Below, in pieces: positions 46,401-53,787 of a DNA stretch of 64,000 nt. The position numbers and the translations under genes are program-made. A model generated the notes under the pieces. It worked only from the letters and a program-made list of their open reading frames with translations, searched no databases and was not told the DNA's origin. Location: IMG/VR virus record IMGVR_UViG_3300032236_001802, positions 1 through 64,000 of that record. The stretch is one strand, 5' to 3'. Source of the stretch: a virus. Numbering within the stretch: position 1 is the first letter of the stretch; each line of letters starts with the position of its first letter.

Positions 46401-46609
46401 CTGAAGTTGAAACTATTGTCCGCATTCTGGAGCGGTGTTTCGTTCAGGTAAACACCCTTTGTCCCACCTAGCGGCCCCTCGATTGGCCCCTCAGAAACCA
46501 CACCCAAAAGCTTCGCATAGGCTGTACTAAACCCAGTTTCACCGTCTTCTCTGGGCTTCTTCTTCTTCTTTTTACCGCCCTTACCCTTTGGGGTGAAGCC
46601 CTTTGTCAT
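43409..46609 (-). CDS. central tail fibre / tip attachment protein, lambda gpJ-like
   Basis: VSEGPIEG, VYLNETPL, YPYSALVG, NDRYGLG, DKWSIY..SKYC, GCTSRTQAHRAG, FnIII region, distinct C-terminal domain. Confidence 0.9.
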   Translation of the reverse strand: MTKGFTPKGKGGKKKKKKPREDGETGFSTAYAKLLGVVSEGPIEGPLGGTKGVYLNETPLQNADNSFNFSGVSYDFRPGTGNQEPIPGYGTDVTSETGVGQEVKFNLPVTRQFTNASCDLIRVRLGFQMQEFPPDGGYRRVTMHFRILIKEGLGAFVVRHDQEIEARFSSLTEFEYDFPVNNAGGTVSTFAVRVERVTPQDSDTTRYQRVLSFRAYAEVVAARLSYPYSALVGLQFDSAQFDSMPQGAFEIGGRLLQIPSNAAVAVDRGLHYTGTWDGTFYEAAIAASCPAWIFYDLIINDRYGLGEYIKAEDVDKWSIYELSKYCNELIAIPGTGGGYEGPTYERRYQCNVLLEDKEDATRVIDALRSIFRGFSYWISGVIRLAPDRQRLPTMVVTQSDIVDGMFNWSRTPIRERRTIAHVTWLDPENFYRRTIEVVEDPIGIELYGRRINELSAFGCTSRTQAHRAGWATIISERLELELVQFRLRPYGAIAVPGQVIKTMDVKRSILNYSGLVVAASANEIVLDRPVTLQNAPLTITLTLPDGNIVERVVYTPEGTVTDRLAIQPLEGDIPLSESPWILASTTILPGYYQIISIVRVQGEYGLLYEVSALEYRDDKYGVIDTDYYVPPLPPLPSAPAIPPPVQNLKGTLEDNFSATNLILAAIWQPPTNSDFTTGYTVQYKPFGGEWQGTQQVSFRSASWDVPFNDRGYFVRVASIDYTQTESAWVEAGPIRVINLIKLQIGTSFSLSDRPGVPRLRGRIGWRGTLTAPDAISVDTLRGRVGWRGTLTTTALGPGYSAETLDWQARVQAQGADVSVAGLNAIDAFLTEIDGIDLDLIHLYAGVTGPGSTEIMAGLMVPVRHPSDAIATNSGFTVGQYVQAGATAGLLGDGNAFVNHNYDVGTLHPGFSFFAGAYLKGIGGSGVNTAAVFGASGTGLRQLHLYYRFPDNSCYVTSFRDVGPGVTGAERIIAYTSSSTSALISASRTANNDFRFFVGSTQIDATTDTNSFDSSGLGSLVSFQGGLSGPSSLNSSRRHTLVIAGSGKTPSEIAALQTAAQNLIDAL

Positions 46610-46938
46610 TATTCAAATACCGAAGAGGGAGCCACATCAAACCCTATCAGGTTCTTATTATCATCCCAAACCGAAACAAGACGCCCCGAACCTTTGAGGT
46701 TCTGAGATATTGAGCACAGCAATCCCCCAACCGTCAGGTATTGGGCACCGTCGCGGCCCTGCTTTGTTATCGCCAGGGCATCAGTTCTTTCGTTGATCTT
46801 GGTCCCCGCTGAAATAAACGATCGCACTGCTGGATCGCCTTCAATCAGCTCGTTAAGGTACTGGGCGATCGCCTGTTGCACCGCGTCAATAATTTGCTGG
46901 TTTGCATTAATTTGCTGGTTTGCATTTTCTTCGGTCAT
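46609..46938 (-). CDS. hypothetical protein
   Basis: TAATG-coupled to gpJ; 18-bp tandem duplication at 46891-46926. Confidence 0.55.
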   Translation of the reverse strand: MTEENANQQINANQQIIDAVQQAIAQYLNELIEGDPAVRSFISAGTKINERTDALAITKQGRDGAQYLTVGGLLCSISQNLKGSGRLVSVWDDNKNLIGFDVAPSSVFE

Positions 46939-46962
46939 GATTACTTGCCTATTTTTTTGTGA

Positions 46963-47193
46963 TTATAAATCTAGAACCCGGCCCCCAACGATTTCGACCA
47001 CCCTTACATAGGCTCGGTCGATCCCCTGGGTTGACTTTGCAACCTGCTCCAAGCTATCGGCAAACCCCAACTGAAACCAGCCGCTTAGATTATGGAATCC
47101 CTCGATTCTGTAGCGCGGGTTGGGCACGGGTTCAGCCAAAGCGGACGCGATCGCGGTTTGCAATTCTGGTGAAAATCTTTCGAGGTTTATCAT
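46963..47193 (-). CDS. hypothetical protein
   Basis: ORF in operon position. Confidence 0.5.
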   Translation of the reverse strand: MINLERFSPELQTAIASALAEPVPNPRYRIEGFHNLSGWFQLGFADSLEQVAKSTQGIDRAYVRVVEIVGGRVLDL

Positions 47194-47247
47194 TGTTTTC
47201 TGTGGTTTAATGAGTACACTACACTAAAGAACTAATGGAGCCGATCA

Positions 47248-48207
47248 ATGACCGAATCAAGCCCTCAATATACCGCAGCAATCCCCGCCGAAGGACTCCC
47301 CGTTGCAGAACTTTTGCATCGCTACACAGTACAGAAACCCGCTTTCTATGGTCGGGTTAAAGCGCTTGGAATCAAATTTAGAGCACAGGGTAATCGCTCC
47401 TATGCTTCCGCCGAGCAGATTGAAAAACTAGATAAGCTCCATGATCACTTACAGCAAGGGGGAACCTTTGCCACCTTCGATCAAGGGGTTAAGGGCGCGA
47501 GTGATATTGAGTTAAACCGCGTTGATTTGAACTATCCAATGATGGCGGAACTATTTACGCGATCGCTCCCACCAGCCGCCCCCCCCTCCCCTGCCCAGCG
47601 GCTCCAAGACATCTGCAATGGAGGATGGGAGATAGATAGTAAGGAGCTATGCGAAATACTCGGTTTGGCGCGCCTGCGCGGGGATCTGCTGCATCGCCAT
47701 GGGTTCACCATCCGAAGGGCTGGCAAGCGATCGCCATGGTGGCGGGTTTGCCCTCCGGATCGGCTAACGATGGAATTGTTAAACCAGGCGATCGAGCGGT
47801 GGCCGTTCGCGGTTGAAGCGGCCTGCGCGGCCTGGGGTTTGCCCGTGGAAACGTTCTATAAGCAAATCCTAGTAAGGGAGATCCCGCTGTCTGCCTTTAT
47901 GGCCGCTGTGATCACGCGATCTGTAGCGATCGAGAAGCTTAAGCTAGGTATGCCGCAGCAAGACACAACCGAACTCCAGGACAAGATAATCCACCAACTT
48001 GGAGAGAAGCCGTTAATGGAAACGATGAAGACAACCCTTGGAAGTATGGATAGAGTGGATTTGATCGCGACGGCAATTCGGGTATACATGAACAAGGGGT
48101 TCAGTGCCGAAGACTGCCATTCAATTCTGAAAGAAGATGGTAGATACTCAGACGAAGAATTGCACAGAGCCTTCCTGCGTGCTGCAAGTTTAGCCACCCT
48201 GGAATGA
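47248..48207 (+). CDS. multi-HTH DNA-binding protein on the opposite strand within the tail module
   Basis: N-terminal MerR-like RY.V....Y.R..ALGI...Y...Q...LD.LH; GGAG RBS. Confidence 0.6.
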   Translation: MTESSPQYTAAIPAEGLPVAELLHRYTVQKPAFYGRVKALGIKFRAQGNRSYASAEQIEKLDKLHDHLQQGGTFATFDQGVKGASDIELNRVDLNYPMMAELFTRSLPPAAPPSPAQRLQDICNGGWEIDSKELCEILGLARLRGDLLHRHGFTIRRAGKRSPWWRVCPPDRLTMELLNQAIERWPFAVEAACAAWGLPVETFYKQILVREIPLSAFMAAVITRSVAIEKLKLGMPQQDTTELQDKIIHQLGEKPLMETMKTTLGSMDRVDLIATAIRVYMNKGFSAEDCHSILKEDGRYSDEELHRAFLRAASLATLE

Positions 48208-48744
48208 GGTTTGGGTCTTTTGAGAGATCAAAACCCATCCGACCAGAATAATCCCGTAGGCGATGGGCACGCGCCCACCCTCGGAAATTGTTGTACTTGG
48301 TCCCCCAAAGATTAGCGATCGCCGTCCGTCGCGTTCGGAATCTTTAGGGGATTTTACTTTACCGCGCAAAGCGCCCAGCAATAGCGCGGCCCCTGTAATG
48401 GCTAAGGTCGTGCTGGTCATGCCCAAAAAACCGACGCCCGCAATCCCCAGCCCTAGCAGGGCAACGCCTGCAATAATTCTGAATGTGTTCCCCGCCCCTT
48501 TTGGGATTGGGGCGATCGTAATCTCGCAGTTTATAGGGATTGGAGCATTAATCATTTGCTCTGATACTTCATACCCGTTTACACACACCCTATAGTGCAA
48601 GCCACTTTGAGCGGCTTCAATTAGATACCGCTCAAAGTCGCGAAAATTGGCCCTTAAAGCTGCGATCGCCTCTCCAATGGACTGCACTTTACAATCCACC
48701 TCTGGGGCGAACAACTCAGCTAAAGAGCCAAATAACTTAATCAT
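48190..48744 (-). CDS. tail assembly protein I, lambda gpI-like
   Basis: IKLFGSL, EAIAAL, I.P...GAG, EGGRVPIAYG..LVG. Confidence 0.85.
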   Translation of the reverse strand: MIKLFGSLAELFAPEVDCKVQSIGEAIAALRANFRDFERYLIEAAQSGLHYRVCVNGYEVSEQMINAPIPINCEITIAPIPKGAGNTFRIIAGVALLGLGIAGVGFLGMTSTTLAITGAALLLGALRGKVKSPKDSERDGRRSLIFGGPSTTISEGGRVPIAYGIILVGWVLISQKTQTSFQGG

Positions 48745-49044
48745 GCAGCCTTAACGGGTTTTGATTGGGCAGGAACGGGAAAGCGGATCAGCTTACCTTT
48801 CCCTTCAACAATACCGCTAGATCCGTTCATCCCTGCTTGAATAGAAGATTGTGAATTTGAATTCATGATTGTTTGCCCTACGTAGATTTGACTTTGCATC
48901 AGGCTGGAATCTGAGGAATTTCCCCACATCCAACCCAAGTAAAAAGATAGTAACACAGCCAAAATAGAGAGGATCTATTGCACAAACAAAAATCGCCCGC
49001 CTGAGAAGTCGAGCGATCTGGGTTGCAGTTGAGTAGTTAAACAT
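48741..49044 (-). pseudogene. single-TM protein apparently split by a +1 frameshift (possible lysis accessory)
   Basis: MFNY...AIFVCAI joined to +1-frame ILSILAVLLSFYLGWMWG gives one clean TM; the second frame ends in an ATGA overlap with gpI. Confidence 0.4.
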
Positions 49045-49074
49045 TCAAGCTTACGTTATCAAATAATAACAGAG

Positions 49075-49866
49075 TTAACAGAAAGAAGCGTGTCTAAATA
49101 GACAGGCTGTTGCATTTCTTAGCGATGTGTCCAGTGATTCAATCAATGAGTACCGCCCTTCACCTAAGTTGTGTAGAATCTGATTCTCTTCGGCATTACT
49201 AACGATCGCCAAGTGCCCCGGCTCTGGTGTGCCTATGTTGATTAGCAATACGTCATGATCCTGGATTGGCGTATCTTTTGGTAATTGCCGGAAACCTTGT
49301 TCGCGAATCCTGCCGGGTGTGAACTGATTTAAGCCCAGAGTGTTGCACGTTTCCAGATCGATTCGAGAGTAATCTCTTAGCGGGATTTGGAGCATCCCGG
49401 CATAGTAGGCACGAACCAGGGAAAAGCAATCGCTACGCCCATAAACAAAGCGCCATAAATTGTAGTATTCAATCTGTCGAGGGCTTTGCAATGCGTTAAG
49501 CTCCAACGGGAACGGATGCAGCCCAAACGGATCAAAGTAGTCCCATTGGGCAAAAATCGTGTGGTAGCAGAGATAGGGGATCCCAACCTCTTTCGAGTTC
49601 ACTATATCTGCCGAACTGAGTTCAGCGGGGATTCCCTCATCAATGTGACTGTGATAAATGGCGATCGCCTTTGAGCGATACTGCTCAAACTCGGCCCCCA
49701 TTTCAAATTCTTTCGAGGGATCTGCTGACTTATTTGCCAATGCAATAACGTCCCCGTTTTCAAGGATCACCCCACAGGCTTCAGCGTTGTGAACGCTTCT
49801 GCACTGGTGAATAACGGCAGTAGCAATGTCATTTGTCAGGGTAAATAGGCGATGAGTTAGCAGCAT
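49075..49866 (-). CDS. tail tip assembly protein K (JAB + NlpC/P60)
   Basis: EACG, YHSH, LS.AD; DCFSLVR.YY, GHLAI, ILH. Confidence 0.88.
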   Translation of the reverse strand: MLLTHRLFTLTNDIATAVIHQCRSVHNAEACGVILENGDVIALANKSADPSKEFEMGAEFEQYRSKAIAIYHSHIDEGIPAELSSADIVNSKEVGIPYLCYHTIFAQWDYFDPFGLHPFPLELNALQSPRQIEYYNLWRFVYGRSDCFSLVRAYYAGMLQIPLRDYSRIDLETCNTLGLNQFTPGRIREQGFRQLPKDTPIQDHDVLLINIGTPEPGHLAIVSNAEENQILHNLGEGRYSLIESLDTSLRNATACLFRHASFC

Positions 49867-49867
49867 A

Positions 49868-50581
49868 TCAACTCCCGTAATTAAACCGGGCCACATACCC
49901 GCGATCGTCTACGTGGGTAAATGTACGGCCAAATCCTAAGCCGCCATCCCAGACGGGATCCAAAGTTCGCTGAACCTCATCATCTGGCATCATATCAATG
50001 TAAAAATCAACAGCCAGCCCGGTTAGGTGCTGGCTGTTTTCCACGCCTCCCACCGCTCGGTTAGATTCGGGATCCCTGTACCAACTGGTTACCCGGATCG
50101 GTTGCTCCCCTAGCTCCCGGCGTATGTCCTCCATCCTGTAAGCCATGTGTTCAATGTTCTGAGTGTGCTTGGCCGTTACCGGGATTCGTTGACCATTCTT
50201 AGTGGCTTCTCCCCAGGAGAAGTGCCCGTCTGGGATGATTGGAGAATCAAGCTCTACCGGGCTGGACTTACCCGGCAAAATGATTTGTCCCGGTTTGGGT
50301 GGGCCAATTGGTGGCTCTTTAGCATCCAAGTGAATTGGGTGATCATCTTCAGACAGTAATTCAACGTGCTCGGTAAAAACAAACCAGCTTAGTCGCCCGC
50401 TAAATGGTTGAACCAGGGTGATCAGAAGATGCTTGTCTGATGCAGGTTGAACGCTCCGCAACTCAAACTCTTTTGGTCCCCCACCCTCCGGATTAACCGA
50501 AACTTTTTGACTGGCATCGAGCCTAGAACTGGGAATTGCGGCCTTTTTGAAAATGGTACTCTCTTTGACTAACAGCTTCAT
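49868..50581 (-). CDS. endolysin, peptidase M15A
   Basis: TSWYR..N.AVGG..SQH..G.AVD, FTHVD.RG. Confidence 0.85.
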   Translation of the reverse strand: MKLLVKESTIFKKAAIPSSRLDASQKVSVNPEGGGPKEFELRSVQPASDKHLLITLVQPFSGRLSWFVFTEHVELLSEDDHPIHLDAKEPPIGPPKPGQIILPGKSSPVELDSPIIPDGHFSWGEATKNGQRIPVTAKHTQNIEHMAYRMEDIRRELGEQPIRVTSWYRDPESNRAVGGVENSQHLTGLAVDFYIDMMPDDEVQRTLDPVWDGGLGFGRTFTHVDDRGYVARFNYGS

Positions 50582-50843
50582 GGTGCCTCTGAAGATTTAA
50601 GGTACAGCCGATCATGCAAACCTCGCGAACATCATAGAGCGGACTTGCCCTTTGGAACGCGATCGCCGCCGCCTCTGATTCAAAAAATGTTGCCGCCGAT
50701 AGGTTGTCGTAAGGATCCTTGCGATCATGCCGGAACCGCCCCTTACCAGTGGTGTTCCAATATCGAAAGCAGTGTTTTAACATTGGTTTGCGATCGTCCG
50801 GGATCGCACCCTTGCGGTATAGGAAATATAGTTCTTTCGTCAT
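50523..50843 (-). CDS. hypothetical protein
   Basis: ATGA-coupled upstream; 3' end overlaps the endolysin start. Confidence 0.45.
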   Translation of the reverse strand: MTKELYFLYRKGAIPDDRKPMLKHCFRYWNTTGKGRFRHDRKDPYDNLSAATFFESEAAAIAFQRASPLYDVREVCMIGCTLNLQRHHEAVSQREYHFQKGRNSQF

Positions 50844-51019
50844 AGACTCCAAACGGTTTTGCTACTGCCCAGGCTGATCCAGCTCTGCGGATATACCGAT
50901 CCAAGACTAACAGAATTGGCTTTTGGAGCAGTGTTATTGACCTCAGGATCTATCGGTGGACTGGAACCACCATCGCCCGCCAATCCGCCCAATCCTTTTA
51001 ATCCCGATAAACCCTTCAT
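50840..51019 (-). CDS. 59-aa Gly-rich protein with shared C-terminal module
   Basis: MKGLSGLKGLGGL...ANSVSLGSVYPQSWISLGSSKTVWSL; ATGA-coupled. Confidence 0.6.
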   Translation of the reverse strand: MKGLSGLKGLGGLAGDGGSSPPIDPEVNNTAPKANSVSLGSVYPQSWISLGSSKTVWSL

Positions 51020-51339
51020 CTTGGCACCAACCTTACCCCGATATTTAGGTATCCAGTAATCCCCGGCCCGCCCGCTGGTAGGGTAATCGTTAGCGGCTCC
51101 CCTGCTGCATACGCCATCCACCATGGCATTGGCGCTGGCCCCGCAGCAGTACAGGGGACAGGAGATGTTATTATGCCGTCTGAAATTGTCAGAACTTTAG
51201 GCTCGACAGGATTGGCATCATAGGCGGCATGGATCGTTGTTATCAGCCATCGCTGAGATCTAGATGGTCTGGGCAAGTTCAAGACTATCTCTGTGTCAGG
51301 TTCTTCAGAGTTTCCTGTATAAGCAATACCGTAATTCAT
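51016..51339 (-). CDS. small beta-rich virion protein
   Basis: Coupled ORF in the tail operon. Confidence 0.55.
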   Translation of the reverse strand: MNYGIAYTGNSEEPDTEIVLNLPRPSRSQRWLITTIHAAYDANPVEPKVLTISDGIITSPVPCTAAGPAPMPWWMAYAAGEPLTITLPAGGPGITGYLNIGVRLVPR

Positions 51340-51342
51340 AGA

Positions 51343-51786
51343 TCACAAACTCCAAACGCTGTCATCCCCGCCCAAGCTTGCCCAGCTCTGCGGATATAGC
51401 GATCCAAGGCTAACAGAGTTGGCATCTGGAGAAATATCATTACTGAGCATATTTAATCGGCGTATATCGCCAGAACAGACCCACAGTCCCGGCCCCGGCT
51501 GCTCCCATGCCCATTTTTTCATGTTGTATAGCGTGTCTGGTGTATCCAGCATCCGATTGTAATCGCGTAGCCGAAACGGCTTACCCCGGCGCTCTCTCAG
51601 GAATGCATCGACAGCGCTATAAAACCGGGTTGTAAAGCGTACCGAAATCGTTTCTGATACTGGGTAAAGGTTTAGATTCTCGCGATCGTCTACGCCCAGC
51701 TCAAAGCGGCTAATCGTGGGATCTGTGCTGAACTTGTGTTCAGTGTCCCATACGAAAACTGGCTCAATTAGGATCGGGTATCGCAT
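51343..51786 (-). CDS. gpM-like distal tail protein with shared C-terminal module
   Basis: VDAFLRERRGKPF; ends ANSVSLGSLYPQSWASLGGDDSVWSL. Confidence 0.55.
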   Translation of the reverse strand: MRYPILIEPVFVWDTEHKFSTDPTISRFELGVDDRENLNLYPVSETISVRFTTRFYSAVDAFLRERRGKPFRLRDYNRMLDTPDTLYNMKKWAWEQPGPGLWVCSGDIRRLNMLSNDISPDANSVSLGSLYPQSWASLGGDDSVWSL

Positions 51787-51795
51787 GGCTAACCT

Positions 51796-52137
51796 TTAAC
51801 CTTGGGGATTCTCAAACGTGGCCCTCAACCTGTACCATCCGGGGCCAATTTTTGAGATACTCCACTCCACACAATAATAAGTTCGGCGTGGTAATTCTCC
51901 CGTGGGACTCCACTCAAACCGCCCTGCCCCGGCAAGCTGCTGAAAAACATCCTGAAGCTGTTGCGCTTCCAACGGATTGAGCGCCGCTGATTCGATATTC
52001 CAGCGCTCTGTGAGGGATTGCAACCCGATCGGCATGATCAGATCGTAATTATCGCCTAGCGTTACTTCAGCGATCGCGGCCTCAACTTCTTCTGGTACTG
52101 CCCACCTTGGAGGCAGGGTAAGGATAGGAGTCGTCAT
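51796..52137 (-). CDS. minor tail protein M, lambda gpM-like
   Basis: LGDNY...GL....W...F.WSP...YYC.EW...ATF. Confidence 0.7.
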   Translation of the reverse strand: MTTPILTLPPRWAVPEEVEAAIAEVTLGDNYDLIMPIGLQSLTERWNIESAALNPLEAQQLQDVFQQLAGAGRFEWSPTGELPRRTYYCVEWSISKIGPGWYRLRATFENPQG

Positions 52138-52161
52138 CTGGGGATTTCCTTGGATTAATTG

Positions 52162-52193
52162 TTCTCACCCATCTATAAAGCAATGGGTGAGAA
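52162..52193. repeat. TTCTCACCC-N14-GGGTGAGAA site, copy 3
   Basis: TTCTCACCC-atctataaagcaat-GGGTGAGAA, intergenic. Confidence 0.75.
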
Positions 52194-52196
52194 GCT

Positions 52197-52904
52197 TTAC
52201 CAAATCGTGTAGACAGTGAATTTGCCAGACTCCAGTGTATGCACCCGCCCTAGGCCGTCTGAGACGGTGAGGGCGTACACAAAGGCGGTTTCCCCCACCG
52301 GCAGGGTGTTTGTATCGCTGGGATTGATGGAAAAATCAGCCGTAAATGTTTCCACCAGCGATCGCGTATCCTGCGATGTTTCGGTCTGATTCATTGCGCC
52401 GCCAGCTTTTTCGATGTCCGGTCCCTCAGAAGTGGATCCCACCTTAAAGGCTTGAAAGGTTGGGGTAAGCCCGTCAAGCCGCTGCCCCCTCACCTTGACC
52501 TGAACAGGAATCAAATCGCCGCGAACAAACCGCGCGCCGTTCAATCCCGATGCAACAAAGTTCGGGTTAGTGAGTGAGTTTAGGGACGTTAGCGATAGGT
52601 TGCCCTGTGGCGGTGCCGTTGGGATTGCATTCAGAAAGAACTGAATTGCCGTCTTGGTATGCGCCCAGCCCTGGGCTGGCAGAAGTTTTGATCGCCGTTT
52701 TAGATCGACCACCGCCCCCGCCGCAGTCTTTGCAGCGATCTCTGTAGATCGAACCAAACCGATTAATGAAATGTTGAGTTTTGCCTGCGCTAAGGATTGC
52801 CCCGGCGTTCGCACGTTCCCCATTGACCGTGCCAATCCAACAACATCCAGCCCTGTTTCTGTAGAGCTTTCCCCCGTAACCGCTCCAAATGCCAATCTAG
52901 CCAT
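52197..52904 (-). CDS. virion protein with BppU-N-like C-terminal domain
   Basis: RGD..P...I.PSDT..L...Y.L.V...G.V.T...G.F.V. Confidence 0.55.
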   Translation of the reverse strand: MARLAFGAVTGESSTETGLDVVGLARSMGNVRTPGQSLAQAKLNISLIGLVRSTEIAAKTAAGAVVDLKRRSKLLPAQGWAHTKTAIQFFLNAIPTAPPQGNLSLTSLNSLTNPNFVASGLNGARFVRGDLIPVQVKVRGQRLDGLTPTFQAFKVGSTSEGPDIEKAGGAMNQTETSQDTRSLVETFTADFSINPSDTNTLPVGETAFVYALTVSDGLGRVHTLESGKFTVYTIW

Positions 52905-52972
52905 ATTTCATCCCTCGTAATGTGTGTGGTGTGATCACAATCAGAGGCGATCGTGATCACACGCGATCGCCT

Positions 52973-53776
52973 TTAATCCAACAGTAGATCTAAACTGCCG
53001 CTTGGCAGGTAAGGGGTGATTCCTGCATCAATCACTCGGTTCGGAGTGGATGCAAACCCGATATAAGTTCCGCCCGTGGCCGCCGTCCAGAACGATAAGC
53101 CCACCGCCGTACCCTGATTCCCTGTAGCTTCTGGCCAAGTGAGTTCCAGAGCGTTTGTCTTGTTGCCCGTGGCGGCTGGGGCAAACATCCCCGTATTGTT
53201 GGAAACCTGAACCCGTGCATAGCCGTTTCCGGTTGGCTCGGTGCCCCCGGCAGTGTTGCTACTGGCAGAAGTCGTGTAACCAATATGCATAGTCGGAATT
53301 GTGTTCATGGCCACCCCCCCGAACAGGTTGTTCAGGAGCTGGTTTTTGATCAGGTTACTAAACAGCCCCGGCCCAATCTCGATCGTTAGCGCCCCCGCTG
53401 GCACCCTCATGGCATCCCCAGTTTCTACCAACTTGGGAGCGGGTAGAGGGAAGTAGAACCAGGGGTTCCCGTTAACTGGGGAGTCAAATAAAACAACTGA
53501 TTGCACTAGGCCGTGATTGGCCTCAGCCGTGCGCCATAGAATATCGTTCTCTGTGGTTTTGATCTGGGTTGTTGTCACTGGGAAGTTGCCCACCGTATTG
53601 GGAATCGCCTTCCTTTCGTAGCCCGCGCCGCCCGGTTCTGCCCCCGGAGCCGCCGCCGTGGATGTGCCCACCGAATACGCTGCATACCAAGTAGATGGGA
53701 CATTCATTGGAACGCCCCCAAACATAAAATTCATGATCTGGCTTGCGCCGTAGTTTGTGATCTTGCCGGTTGTCAT
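52973..53776 (-). CDS. tail/fibre-associated protein with two tandem homologous domains
   Basis: Halves share FGGV.MN...EP.G.GY.R....N..G.F...W..A....G. Confidence 0.7.
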   Translation of the reverse strand: MTTGKITNYGASQIMNFMFGGVPMNVPSTWYAAYSVGTSTAAAPGAEPGGAGYERKAIPNTVGNFPVTTTQIKTTENDILWRTAEANHGLVQSVVLFDSPVNGNPWFYFPLPAPKLVETGDAMRVPAGALTIEIGPGLFSNLIKNQLLNNLFGGVAMNTIPTMHIGYTTSASSNTAGGTEPTGNGYARVQVSNNTGMFAPAATGNKTNALELTWPEATGNQGTAVGLSFWTAATGGTYIGFASTPNRVIDAGITPYLPSGSLDLLLD

Positions 53777-53787
53777 CGCCTTTACCT

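Noticed and set aside
50840-51423. DGR template/variable repeat pair
   Set aside because: Differences are not adenine-specific on either strand and many are synonymous; both copies are coding; no reverse transcriptase is in the window.
52929-52962. GTGATCAC-N14-GTGATCAC as a fourth copy of the N14 site
   Set aside because: Same geometry but different arms; better explained by the overlapping HIP1 terminator hairpin.
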